A stretch of DNA of 63,973 nt, the filler included, from Vannella sp. (taxonomy: Eukaryota): the NCBI GenBank assembly GCA_023345925.1. It is 9 parts of 9 records of this genome, joined end to end, with 100 filler letters (N's around TTAATTAATTAA, not from the genome) between each part and the next. Parts side by side here need not be neighbours in the genome. Positions count along the whole stretch, not along the records: positions 1 to 8,127 come from JAJQQN010001432.1; positions 8,228 to 15,953 come from JAJQQN010001160.1; 7 more parts are not named here. One strand, written 5' to 3'. Every line of letters begins with the position of its first letter. Position 1 is the first letter of the stretch. Below the pieces are notes generated by a model. It worked only from the letters and a program-made list of their open reading frames with translations. It made no database searches and was not told the DNA's origin. The position numbers and the translations under genes are program-made. Positions 1-12,287 of the stretch are shown piece after piece.

Positions 1-170
1 AACGCCACTGCAACTTGTCTGTGGAACGCTCCAGTCAACTCTCATTGCCCCCTCTGGCAATGTTACACATCGGGCCGTTATTGCAACCCTTATTCGTCCT
101 GCCAGAGCTCCAGTTCTTACAAGCCCACCTGCTACACCGATAAGACGAGCTGCACTCTCAACTGTTAACG

Positions 171-295
171 CATCATTAACCATCACTACAACTCATATCA
201 TTAACCATCACCACAACTCATATCTTTCGAAAGGTCATTCAATTAGATTCATTTGATGGAACGAAGTCAAGTCTCGTTAATTAGATTCATTTGAT
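171..295. repeat. Short direct repeats upstream of the RhoGEF
   Basis: A ~25-nt tandem duplication (TCATTAACCATCACYACAACTCATA x2) at 171-224, and the 17-mer AATTAGATTCATTTGAT at 241-257 and 279-295. Confidence 0.85.
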
Positions 296-296
296 C

Positions 297-2279
297 ATGG
301 TGCGGAAGGGGGGAAAGGATGTCCCCAAAGAGGACAAGAAGGAGCCGGTGGTCAACTGGGAAGCCCAAGCAGAACAGTTAAAGTACTCTGTGAAGAAGGA
401 GGTGGAGGAGGTGAACATGATAGAGGAGGCGCTGCGATCTCTTCGCCGAAGTTTCACTTACGAGGAGGAGAAGCGCCGCCATGCCGAAAGCCAGAAGGAG
501 CAGCTACTGGCACAGCTGGGGGTCCTCGAGGTGGAAGCTAAGAACTTAAAGGATAAGATACGTCTTGCTCGGCGCCAGAGGAAAGGTAAACTTGCTGACG
601 AACCGGACTCCGAGTCCGAATCGGACGAAGAGGCGGAGAACGAGTTCCAAGGCCCAGAAGGAGGCCTGGAGAATGAAGAGAAGGACTTCAATGCCATAGA
701 GTTCGAGCACCTCCTATCAGAGATCCGAGACGAGGACGATGTCGAACAAGACGTGGACGGGACAGCAATGAGCATCCAGCAGCGCCTGAAGATCCTTAGA
801 GACCTCGAAAGCGGTCTTGACAAAGACGCTCCCAAACAGAGAAGCATTGCAGACCTTAAAGCGCAGCACAAGAAGGTGCTTCGCCAGTGGATTGAGCGGG
901 AAAATGGCCGTTTCCCTCTTCTTCAAGCCCATGATCGCGTATGAAGCCTCGAAGGAGTTGCAGAGAGTTCAACTAACGTGCTATTCAGTTTGTTCTTGAT
1001 GAAGAGCACATCAAGGCCCGGAATGAGCTCCTCGTAGACCTCATTGCTAGTGAGGAAGCATCTTTGACTGCCAGCAGCTCTCTTGTGGATGTAGGTGAAC
1101 AACTGTATCACGCATTAGTGCTCAGCAAGGGGAGAATAGAAGTATTTGGCTCCATTCATCAAGAAGAAGATTCTAGCCAGCGAACACCTCATGAGAGTGT
1201 TCGCCAACACCGCTTCCTTCCGTTCTATCCACACCCAGCTCCTTGGCCTTCTATCTGGCATTAGAGACGGAGATGGGACAGACTTTGAAGCCTTTGGACG
1301 AGCTTTGGTTCGTATTGGTTCGCGTATTCCTGTCAATTGACTCACTTTGAGGCCAGTCTCATCACCAAGAGGCTTTCACGCAGTTTCTCTTGTCCCGAAA
1401 GGACAGCGCCACGCTTCTCATGGCGGCAAAGGATAAGAAGAAGTTTGCTCAGTTTATGGTGGGTTCCAGGCTCCTCCTATTTGACGTTATCAAGTCGCTT
1501 ACAGAGTCCTCAAGACTTCTGCAGGAATCTCTGTTCGGGGTCTCATTGATCTTCAAGAGCAGTTGACAAAGAGCTTGAAGCAATATCCCGCTTCCCTTGT
1601 TGTAGGTTGACTCCTTTCTCTTCTGCTTAGTAGGCTTAACAAATAGATAGACTCTCCTCCCGCATTTGAAGGAAAGAGAGTATTCTGCAGTCGCCAAGGC
1701 CATCACAGATATCGTTCACTCTTTAGAAGTGACAGAAACGCCCTTTGAGATTCCGCCTCTTCCCGAAAGGCTTCAGATGTACTTTGTACAATATTGCATT
1801 GACTGGATGGGAAAGGATGGATCCTTTGTTGCTCCAGATCGGGCACTTTTGGCGAAAGCAGATATTCGGGTCAGAAGGTCTAATCGTTCGCTGGAAGACT
1901 GCCACCTCTACCTCTTCTCTGATGCTCTGATTATCTCACGGGGATCTCGACAATCTCAGCTCTTTGATTGCTTCATTCCTTTGGAACATCTGACACTCTG
2001 GGATGTCCCACCTCGGTCAAGTAAGGTCCCTATTACCCCCCCCAGTGCGCGATATCTGATCCATTGGGTCCCTCAGACAACCAAGAATTCATCATAGAGC
2101 TCCTTAACCTTCAGACGGAGGAGAAAATGATTGTTTTATGCATCTCAGAAGAAGAACAAGATCATCTTGTCGATATTATGTCCGCTGCCATCTCAGAACT
2201 CCCTTGGCCTTCGTCCGCCATTGAATTCGACGAACATAATCACGTTGAATTCATTTGGGGCCGAAAACATCAACTTTAA
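297..2279 (+). CDS. Multi-exon RhoGEF (N-terminal coiled coil/acidic region, DH, PH)
   Basis: Intron 939-988 (GTATGA..ACTAAC..TTCAG) joins ORF 291-944 in frame to a DH-like segment (KARNELLVDLIASEE..KYLAPF..RVFANTASFRSIH). Later exons are PH-like (DCHLYLFSDALIIS). Confidence 0.7.
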
Positions 2280-2346
2280 GGCCACCGTGGGACCTTTGGC
2301 CGAATAGGGACACTTTCCAATAATTTTCCAAGAATCTTCCATAATT

Positions 2347-2958
2347 ATGTTACCGTCTCGGGAGTCGGAGCGTCCCGCCCTGACAGGAGAGCAACAGCGG
2401 GCGATAGCTTTGCTAGAGGGGCGATTATCCGGTTGGAGAGATGCTGTCAATCGGCCCAGCGAAGAGTTCGCCTTCACCAACCACTTTTCCTTCAGTCTTT
2501 CGCCCATTCGACGAGAGCATCTTCCTTGTGATGACCACTGGGTTTGGAACCAGTGCAATGCTAAGGTGATGGTGCACCTTCAGTGTGGAGCATTTGTTAC
2601 TGTTCAGAAGCTGAACGCCCGGAAGAAGCCGAACTCTCACGAGAAACAACCTTCCTTTAAGGTTTGGATTTTTACAGTTCTCTACCACGCACCCTATCCT
2701 ATTCACGCTGTTTGGTGCGAAAGAGGATGGGAGCGGGAGAACGCTGTAATGGAGGAAACACATGAAACGCAGTCCGAGCTGAAACCTCCAATTGCGCCTG
2801 AAGAACCCGAGCCGAAGCTCGCTGACTACCAGTTTCTCCGGCCCTTTGTGTCTTACGCGATTGCAGAAGAGTTTGGATGGTTGACCGTTGAGGAACAGGC
2901 TTCGATCCTTATTGATACTCCTCCTCACTCCTTAACTCACTCCTTTCATCCTTCTTGA
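2347..2958 (+). CDS. Hypothetical protein, 203 aa (possible beta-sheet DNA-binding domain)
   Basis: ATG-initiated intronless ORF with a Trp-rich globular core (DDHWVWNQ..FKVWIF..AVWCERG). Confidence 0.6.
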   Translation: MLPSRESERPALTGEQQRAIALLEGRLSGWRDAVNRPSEEFAFTNHFSFSLSPIRREHLPCDDHWVWNQCNAKVMVHLQCGAFVTVQKLNARKKPNSHEKQPSFKVWIFTVLYHAPYPIHAVWCERGWERENAVMEETHETQSELKPPIAPEEPEPKLADYQFLRPFVSYAIAEEFGWLTVEEQASILIDTPPHSLTHSFHPS

Positions 2959-3157
2959 TTATGTAAATATCCTTTGCGTTTCAAGAAAGCTATTCTATTA
3001 GGGGGACCAAGTAACTGATGGGCATCTCAAACGGACTAGGCAAGTAAGTGGCTTGTCATTGTGTTGATAGGAAGTTTATTTCTGAGAAGGCAAGACCAGT
3101 TTAATGAGTGTGAAGTTCCCACGCAAGAATGAAGGCTTACACTACAATACTTTCCTC

Positions 3158-6100
3158 TTAAAGGAAATAGTCCATTTCGTGTCGAATGTACTGTGGCTCG
3201 CGTGTGTAAGTTGGGTACGCAGGGACGAGCGCGTCTTGGGATCCGATGTAGGTGTTGTTGTAGATCTTCCAATAGATGTTCCGCACCTTTCTTGCGGGAT
3301 GGAACAGTCCCTGAAGTAAATATTGCAAGATCACTGTTGGCCCTAACGAAACACGCATTCCCTGAATCGCATCGGTCACCGCATTGATAACATGAGGTGA
3401 TGTCTCAAAAATGTTCGGCCAAACCTGGTTCAGTAGATGAAGAAGGGCGTCCTCACAGTTCAGTCCAACCACTCCCAGTGCCATGTCTAAAAGCAACTAT
3501 TTTGAGTACTACAAAATAATCAAAGAGGGATAACACTTACGTTTGACGACAGTACAAGCAGTCTGGCGATGGACCAAGTCACGATCTGTGAGAGCGTCCT
3601 CGAGTAGAGGTGTGACTGCGTAGATGTAGTCTTTACCCATCTCGCTGATGTACTCAAACAGGAAGGAAAGGGCCTTCAAAACACCATTCTGGACGTTAAG
3701 CTCGGGAACTCGGTACTCATTCATCAACGCAGGAAGGATCGTGAATGGTAGACAAGTCTCTGCCACAATAGCAATGGCAACAGTTGTGCACACTCGGTTC
3801 TGGCGTTCTTGTACTCGCAGATTGTTAAGAAGCGTATGAAGAACATCTTGGGGTCCAATGGCCTTGGCAATGTACCCAAAAGTGTTAACTGTGGCACGTC
3901 GGATGCCCTTTTTGTGAGCCTTTAGCATCTCCAACAGCTCAAAGCAAATTCTCATCCATTCTCGCGCACTCACAAACTCAGCTCCTCTGTCAGCAATTCG
4001 ACCAACAAGATCGATACAGTTCTCTTGAACCTTCTCGTGTCGGTTGCGAAGAATGGGAGTGAGACGAGGGAGGAGATCTTTGATGGGAGGAATCATCTTT
4101 GTCATACCAATGACGTTCACAATAGCTTTCAGAGCTCCGAGAATGGAACCGAGAACCTCAGGATACTCTTCACCAAGGAACTCGTACAGCAATTGCCCTA
4201 AGAAGCTCATCAAGTCTTCTTCACCACACTGCTTCATCACAACAGCAATTCGGGAAATCAAGTCAGCAGCCTGTTGTCTTCCTTTCGCGAATTTGGCATT
4301 CAATCGCCAGCGGATGATGCTGCAAATGTTGTTCAAATATGGTTGAGAACGAAGTCCCAGCGCATTCACTACAGTGCCAAAGCAATCAAGAAGTACGGTA
4401 CTATCCTCCTGGCTCTGTTCTCGGAAAGCGGAGAGCATACCGTCAATCAAAAGATTCTCCAGAGTTTGGTCGATGTCAGAAACGCCAAGGTTCGAAACAA
4501 TCTTGTCAATCGTTTCCGAGATCATCTTCCGGAAGGCTTCCGATTCGTCTGTGAGGTCACCAACAATGCGACTGATAATCTCAGCTCCGCCCACCTTATT
4601 TGCCAGCTCTACGGTTGTATCTACCAAGTTACGGTAGTTTGTTCGATCCAAGGCCATTCGTTTGATCCAGAATTGCTTAAAGAACTCAGGAAGCACCTCG
4701 TCTCGAACGTAGGTTGGTTCCACACCTTCAGTGGCGATACATTGCTTCACGACTTGAAGCACGACAATCTTTGTTCCTTGCTCAGGAGTGCTGAATTCGC
4801 GGATAAGAATCGTCATTACCTCCTTGGTAAAGTAGCTTGCGTGCTCTGGATCCATCAAAGGGATGATAAAGCCAATAGCCTTGAGGAACGCACTGAGCGT
4901 TGTCCCACGATGCGAACGGATTCCATACCATAACGGCTTGAGCACATCATCGAATGACTCAATACCGTACGGCGCAGAAGACTCTGCTAATGCAGCAATG
5001 GCCAAGGCAGTGACCGTCCGGACACGAGGAACCTCATCCGTAAGACCATGTTTGATGATGTCCACGAAGTCCTTGAGATAAGGCAGAACCGCACAACGCA
5101 TCAGAATGGCAATGTGAGAGATAATCTTAATCCCAGTATGCCGAGCCTCCCATGCTTTCTTACTTTGGCACACAGCCTTGAGGAAGGGAAGAAGAGAAGG
5201 GATTCCCAACGCTGAAGCCACAATAGAGAACGCTTTGGCTGTGGAGTTGCGCACGTATTCATCGTGATGGTCAATATCTGGCCTCATGGTTGTGATCATT
5301 GTCACTAAGCCAGCAGCTTTGGCCAAGTTACTAATGATCTCCCGCCCTTCCACATTGGCGTAGTAGTCTTTGTCAATCAGCAAAGGCTGGATGACAACGA
5401 GGATCTGATGAACGTAAGGCCGCACTAAGTCATCCAGCTTGTACAACACTCGATCGATCACCTTGGCAAGCAGATGGCGCTCTTGGTCCTCCAACGTCGG
5501 CACCATCAACAAAGGCAAGATGAGATCAAACAACGGCCCAGCACCGAACTCACGCGCCTTGTCCGTGATCTGTCGCAAAGCTTGCTTCCTCATCTGTGGC
5601 GTTCCGTTCTTGATCTTCAAGAGGAGCTTCTTGATCTTCCTCTTCTTCATCTCCTCAGGATCGTGAATGTCCTCGTCTGTCTGTTCGATGAGGTCTTTGA
5701 AGAAGGCTTCGTCCTCTGGCTTGATATCGGGCAGGTTCGAGCCTGTCTCAGAGAGCATCACTCCGTAGTCAGCGCGTTGCTCATCGTGGATGACAAAGCC
5801 GTGGTCTCCCATGGGAGTGGGTGTGGCGATGTATTTGCGCACTACCTGGGGCTGGTAGCCCACAGGGGGCTGTACAGCTTCATAACCTATGTCAGGTAGC
5901 TGAGCATCGAGGTCCTCTGCGGTCCAAGGCTTGTTCCGCTCGTAAATCTCGGAGGCATAGCGACCTGCTTGCATCTGCTCTGAGGGTGTGAGGTTGGCCA
6001 TGGACACAGGAACGTAGATTGGCGTCATCTGACCAAAGTTCCCGACTGGTGTGGCTCCCCCAGCAAGGGGAGTAGCACTGCCGTTGCCCATCATCACTGG

Positions 6101-6854
6101 GGTTTCATCCCATCGTGATCTCGTGCGCTTTGGAGTCTCACCGCCAGCGACGACTCCTGTTGGTGTCTCATCCCAACGGTTCTTCTTCTTTGGTGGTTCT
6201 CCAGCTCCAGTATCAACGGGAGTCTCATCCCACCGCCGCTTCTTCTTCTGGGGCGGCGCGTCTTGTCTTGCAGAGCTAGCAGCGGCTGCAGCAGCTGTTG
6301 CTTCTTCTTCAAGCTTCTTCCGAATAGCTTCCTTCACCTCCGCCTCCTCTCTCTCCACCTTCCTCTCTGCCATCACTTCACGGAAGCCCTGCGCCTCTCC
6401 GCCACCTTCTGGTCCGTTCTCTGCCAGGAAGTCTCGGCGCACTGGCTCGTAGACTGACCGCTGATCAAACCGACGGCTTGTGTAAGCATTGTCTCGGTCA
6501 GAGAAGCGCGTAGGCCGACGGCTCTCTGCAGAGCTCTCTTCTGGTTCGCCCGCGCGAAGGACTTCTTCAAAGACTTGCTTCGGGGCGGTGTAGGAGCGGC
6601 TGTTGAAGGCTTCCTCCTCGTTGATATCCATATCGGTAACAGGGATAGACGACTCGTAATCCTCAGAGCTGCGGGATGCACCGCCGTAGAGGTCAACGTC
6701 GTAGCCACCAGAAGTGCCAAACTCGACATGCTTACCCTCCTCCTTCAGGCGTTCACGTTGAAGCTTTCTGATCTCTTCCTCTGTCGAAAGATCTGCCCCC
6801 TTCATCAATCTCGGCTCCCTTTCCCCAACCAACCAAAAGCTCACCTTCGCTCAT
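3158..6854 (-). CDS. SF3B1: Splicing factor 3B subunit 1
   Basis: RWDETP ULM repeats and highly conserved HEAT repeats. Introns 6793-6844 and 3487-3540; the second restores VKHMALGV. Confidence 0.99.
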
Positions 6855-6959
6855 CCTCCGCCCAACCAACAAAAACTACTTTCATTCCATTCACCCCCTT
6901 TCAATAAATTGCATTCCTTTCAACTTAAAATCATGAAATGGCAAGAATCCCGAAAACCG

Positions 6960-7110
6960 TTGCTGGCAACAGCCAATCAGAATCGACATGGTAACTCTGC
7001 CTTCTGATTGGTCGGTTCCCCCGAAGCTCAGGACGCTAAAGAAGGTGGTTTTGGTGACTTTGGAATCAAAAGAGTTGGAAAGTGAGTAAGGAGATGGGTT
7101 GATTGGGTAT
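6960..7110. promoter_or_regulatory. Bidirectional promoter with CCAAT boxes
   Basis: GCCAATCAG (~6972), CTGATTGG (~7004) and TGATTGG (~7100) lie between the divergent SF3B1 and RCC1 genes. Confidence 0.55.
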
Positions 7111-7136
7111 TCTCCCTTGCGATCTGGTGGGTGGCG

Positions 7137-8127
7137 ATGCCCTTTGGCGACCACACTCTGCTCCTGTTAGAGGAAGGAAGCTTGGTGGCTTTTGGGGCCA
7201 ATGCGAAAGGACAACTCGGACTTGGACATAGGAACGATCGAAAGGAGGCAGCCGAGGTGCCTTGGGAAGGCCCGCGGGTGGTACAAGTGGACTGGGGCTG
7301 CTTTCACTCTCTTCTTCTCGATGAGGAGGGCGGTGTCTGGGAAACTGGTCTTTGCCGCTCTAGCTCTCCCTTAGTTCTCTTTCAGAGAGTTCCAGAGCTT
7401 CCAGTGATCACCTCTGTGGCTGCTGGCTGTTATCATAGCGCGGCCGTCGATGAAGAAGGTTCCCTTTGGTTGTGGACGTCAAAATCTAGTCTCTCATGGG
7501 CTTGTTCTACACCACAGCAAGTACAAAGTATCTCTGCACTCTATAAGGTGGCTTGTGGATACGACTTTCTCGTAGGAGAAGCTTTTGAAGGCCTCTGGGT
7601 GTTGGGGGATAATTCATTTGGGCAACTGGGCCTCGGCCACACTAATGACGTCCCCCAGCCTACTCTTTTGCATGGAACCTTTCATTCTGAAGGGCTGCTT
7701 CGCGGTGTGGCTGCATTCAACCACGGAATCCTACTTATTGACTCTCAAGGCGCTGCCTTCACTGCTGGGAGCAACACTTATGGACAATTAGGACGCTCTG
7801 GGGATGAAACTACGTTTCAAAAGATTGGCTCTCTCCCCTCATTGTTTATAGCTTCGTGTGGGAGCCATCATACTCTGGCTCTGGATGAGATGCACCGCGT
7901 CTGGTCTTGGGGACTGAATTGGCATGGAAGATTGGGCAATAGAGGATCGTTGAGCCATCCCTCACTTTTGGATTGCTCAGAAGAGGTGGAAGCAGTTCTT
8001 GCTGGAGGGAAACATTCTCTGGTGTTCCAGAGTGACAGAAGACTTCTTGTCTTTGGAGCGAATGATTCGGGGCAACTGGGCCTCTCAAAAACCAACCAAC
8101 TTCGTCCTACATATTCCACATTGGCGC
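7137..8127 (+). CDS. RCC1-repeat beta-propeller protein (3' truncated by contig end)
   Basis: Repeated FGxNxxGQLGLG and ACGxxHxL motifs; intronless. Confidence 0.93.
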
Positions 8128-8227
8128 NNNNNNNNNNNNNNNNNNNNNNNNNNNNNNNNNNNNNNNNNNNNTTAATTAATTAANNNNNNNNNNNNNNNNN
8201 NNNNNNNNNNNNNNNNNNNNNNNNNNN
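8128..8227. other. Artificial contig linker
   Basis: N44-TTAATTAATTAA-N44 (stops in all six frames). Identical linkers occur at 15954-16053, 25185-25284, 32926-33025, 37247-37346, 41715-41814, 55450-55549 and 61974-62073. Confidence 0.99.
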
Positions 8228-8866
8228 TCAAGCAACATTGTCCGGACTTTCTCCTTTCGCCCGGATTAGTGCCTTACGCTAACCTATTCAGGATTGTAGT
8301 GCAAAGAAGAGGACAGTCTCCTATCTGTCATGTGAAATAACCTGGTCTCACTTAGGCACTCCTAGTGCAGTGAAAAATCGACAGACAACTGATCTTGCCA
8401 AGGACCTCAAGCAGGTCCTCATTTCTACCTCGACTGTCTTGGTACCTCCATTCAGATTTGCTATTAGTCTCTACCCCTCTTTTGGAATGAGAGGGACAAG
8501 AAAGCGGTTGCCGTGAACTACTTGAAATGTTGTTCGTGAAGTGATGGGACGTGGGAAAGGTCTTTTGCTCGGTGGTGTATGAATCGAAGACTACAAGGCC
8601 ATTGGTTCATCAAAGAAACGTCAGAAACCCACTGATTTGACTTCCAGAATCTGGCTAAAGACAGAGTTCGGCGTGAACTGGCGATTATGTATGCTAGATA
8701 CGGTAAGACTGGGAAAGAACTTGGTTTCTCGACTCCAGTCGAATCTCCAAAGGGTTCACCTAACATCCGGGAAACATTGAGTTGCTCAATCTCGCCGTGA
8801 GGAACATCGTCGCATGCCCTTTCCCCGAAAACTCCGAAAGTTTCGTCATTTTGTTGGCTCCTCTCG

Positions 8867-9673
8867 ATGGAAGGGGTCTGGTCGATCTTGACACACATGC
8901 TCCGAAGCTCTACGTCCTCTGGCGACACGACAATGGTCCTACAAGGCTTCCAGTTCGGAGACTCGGGAATCAGCGTCTCCGTGGTGATGATGCCGACTTC
9001 CCGTCAAGGTCATGAGGGCGTTTCTGTGTCATTTTCGGACCTACTCCATCGTTCTCTTGTTCAAGCACAGTCTCAAGAGTCTCCTACTGCTGACTGGGTG
9101 CTGCAGCAGCTGCCAACTTTCCAAGTGAAGTCTTTGCAGAGGTTCCCCGACCCGTGTACGGTCTGCCAGGACAATCTGGCGCACTCTGATTGGGCCATGA
9201 AGCTTCCTTGTGAACATACCTTCCACAGAGACTGCATTGAGCCCTGGTTACAACGCCACAACTCTTGCCCGGTCTGCCGCTATGAGCTTCCTCTCTCTGA
9301 CCCTGAAAGCGAGAGGGGACGTAGAGAGAGGATGTCTGAACGTGATAGAGAGATTAGTGAGCGCCCCAAGTGCTGTGAGCTTCTGGACTTTACGGAATGT
9401 CTTCTCGCTGGCGAGGACACGAATGCCCCTCTGGCTCCTCTGGGGAACTGCAAACACCACTTCCACTCTCATTGCGTGCGTCAGTGGGCTTCCGAGGATG
9501 GTCAAGATGCTCAGGAGGACGCTCTACGGTGCCCTATCTGCCATTTGGCATCGCCTTGGCCAGGAATACCTTCCTTGGGGAAGAGGAAACGCCCTCACGT
9601 GGAAGAGACAGAAGAGATAGAAGAAGCAGAGATGCCTCCAACGAAGCGAGTGAAAGAACGAGTGAAAGAATGA
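8867..9673 (+). CDS. RING-H2 E3 ubiquitin ligase with two RING-type fingers
   Basis: CTVC..LPCEHTFHRDCIEPWL..CPVCR, and a second finger C..CKHHFHSHCVRQW..CPIC. Confidence 0.85.
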   Translation: MEGVWSILTHMLRSSTSSGDTTMVLQGFQFGDSGISVSVVMMPTSRQGHEGVSVSFSDLLHRSLVQAQSQESPTADWVLQQLPTFQVKSLQRFPDPCTVCQDNLAHSDWAMKLPCEHTFHRDCIEPWLQRHNSCPVCRYELPLSDPESERGRRERMSERDREISERPKCCELLDFTECLLAGEDTNAPLAPLGNCKHHFHSHCVRQWASEDGQDAQEDALRCPICHLASPWPGIPSLGKRKRPHVEETEEIEEAEMPPTKRVKERVKE

Positions 9674-9787
9674 AGAGCAATGAAGTGAGATAGTGTGAGA
9701 CCGATTGTACAGGCCCCCTGTGAATACAGCTGTTGTTAGTTTGCTGGCCATCCTTTATCAACGCAGCGAGTGCCTTCTCGTGAGTGC

Positions 9788-10719
<932 letters not shown>

Positions 10720-10722
10720 GAC

Positions 10723-10813
10723 GAAATGAGGGGAAATGAGGGGAAATGAGGGGAAATGCAGGGGAAATGAGGGGAAATGCAGGGGAAATGCAGGGGAAAT
10801 GAGGGGGAAATGA
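10723..10813 (+). repeat. G-rich tandem repeat (GGGGAAATGA / GGGGAAATGCA, about 9 units)
   Basis: Read directly; it lies immediately upstream of the BUD32 ATG. Confidence 0.95.
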
Positions 10814-10871
10814 ATTTCTGTCCCATCCCGGCACCGCTCCAAGGGCAAAGGTACTCTGTACAAAGGCAGCT

Positions 10872-12219
10872 TCATGAAATGAGGCAGTTCTCTTGGGAAA
10901 GGGCGGATTTGGGCTTCTCAGCCTCTTTCTGGCCAGCTAATTGGTGAAGGCGGGCTCGGAGTGTGTCGGTTGGATCGAAGTCTACAGCGCGCTGCAAGAG
11001 TATGTTGGGTGGAATCTTAGTAGTGAGAGTGCGGATGGAGGTCATGATCTCGTCTAAATCCCATTTCAGCAGTTGATCTACCCGAAATGAGTCGTCAAAG
11101 GTGTGAAAACGAGGAGAGAAGCTCCCACCGTAACAGGACTCGATAATGGCCATGCAGATTTGATAGAGCCATGAGAGAGATCCCAAACCTCCCACGTAGC
11201 CTCGTGCCAGCATGATATCCCACACTCTCCGAGAGGTTGTTAACGGAAAGTTGTACACAAAGAAGGTTGTTAGCCACTCCATCGCGTACATGGACACTGC
11301 AACACCTTCCTCCTCCTGTTGTGGAATGATCAGACAAGAAGTGGATACCCTGCACCTCTCAGACGTACCAAATGGGCAAAAAGCGTGGGAAATCTAACCC
11401 GCATTTCGTTCTCCAGCATGTTAAGGAACTCCTGGAGCATGGAGCAGTCCACTCGAAAGAGGTTGCGAACATTGAAGCCATTGAGGAGCAGATACAGCCC
11501 CCAGAAGGTGTCCTGGAAGAGATCAGAGGATTTTGTCAAAGAGAACAGAGAACAGGTCGTACCACCTCCTCCAGATGGATCAGTAGCATAAAGCTGATGA
11601 AGTTGAGCCCTTGACAGTACCCTAACTGCTTATCGCAGTTGGCGTATGCGTTGAGGATGCGCCTTAGCTCCTTGACCCTTCACAGTCGCAGATCAGGTTG
11701 GTTCTGCTCAGTACCATTGAAAGGAGGACTCTCACTTGCGATCAGACATGTGCTGTGCGTAGTCATATGAAGGGGACGACCGCCGAAGGTCCTTTTCGAT
11801 GGCTGCAGCGTGGGTCGGGGATGTTCCTTGGGCAACGAGGCTCTGTAAGCGTAAGGGATGTTACTCTTGCTGTCTAAGAGAGTTGCAAGAGGTTGAATAG
11901 GTACCTGGTAGTAGCTACGACGCGCCTCCCCGGAGTCAACGCTGGCAGGGAAGAAACGGCGAAAAGCCGACTCTGGGTGGAAGAAGAGATGCTTCCAAAG
12001 GATCGTGCGAAGAGGCAGCGTGGCCGGTTCTTCAGATCCTGGCTCCCCCGTGCTCTCAGGGAGAGGTGTATTCAAAAGGTCAGCATAGTGAGAAGCAACG
12101 GGTATCCGGATCGCAGGGAGACCCGATCGAGTCAGAAGACGTCGCTGCATCTCCTCTATGCTATTACTCCAAAAGCCGAACAGCTTCACCCACTCATAAA
12201 CGGCATCGTCCTCCGACAT
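10872..12219 (-). CDS. TBC-domain Rab GTPase-activating protein (multi-exon)
   Basis: RILNAYA..GYCQGLNFISFMLL, FWGLYLLL and MYAMEWLTTFFVYNFPL..RVWD motifs. Confidence 0.9.
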
Positions 12220-12287
12220 GCCCTCCCCAACCCTTCACAAGGAAATGACTTTCCCTGCCAAATTGCTTCCAAATTGCCAAAATATAA

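Noticed and set aside
241..295. 17-nt repeat pair with a 21-nt spacer as a mini-CRISPR
   Set aside because: Only two copies, eukaryotic context and no cas genes.
297..2279. Fragmented ORFs as pseudogenes or a non-standard genetic code
   Set aside because: The breaks I traced are explained by short GT-AG introns, and conserved proteins translate normally.
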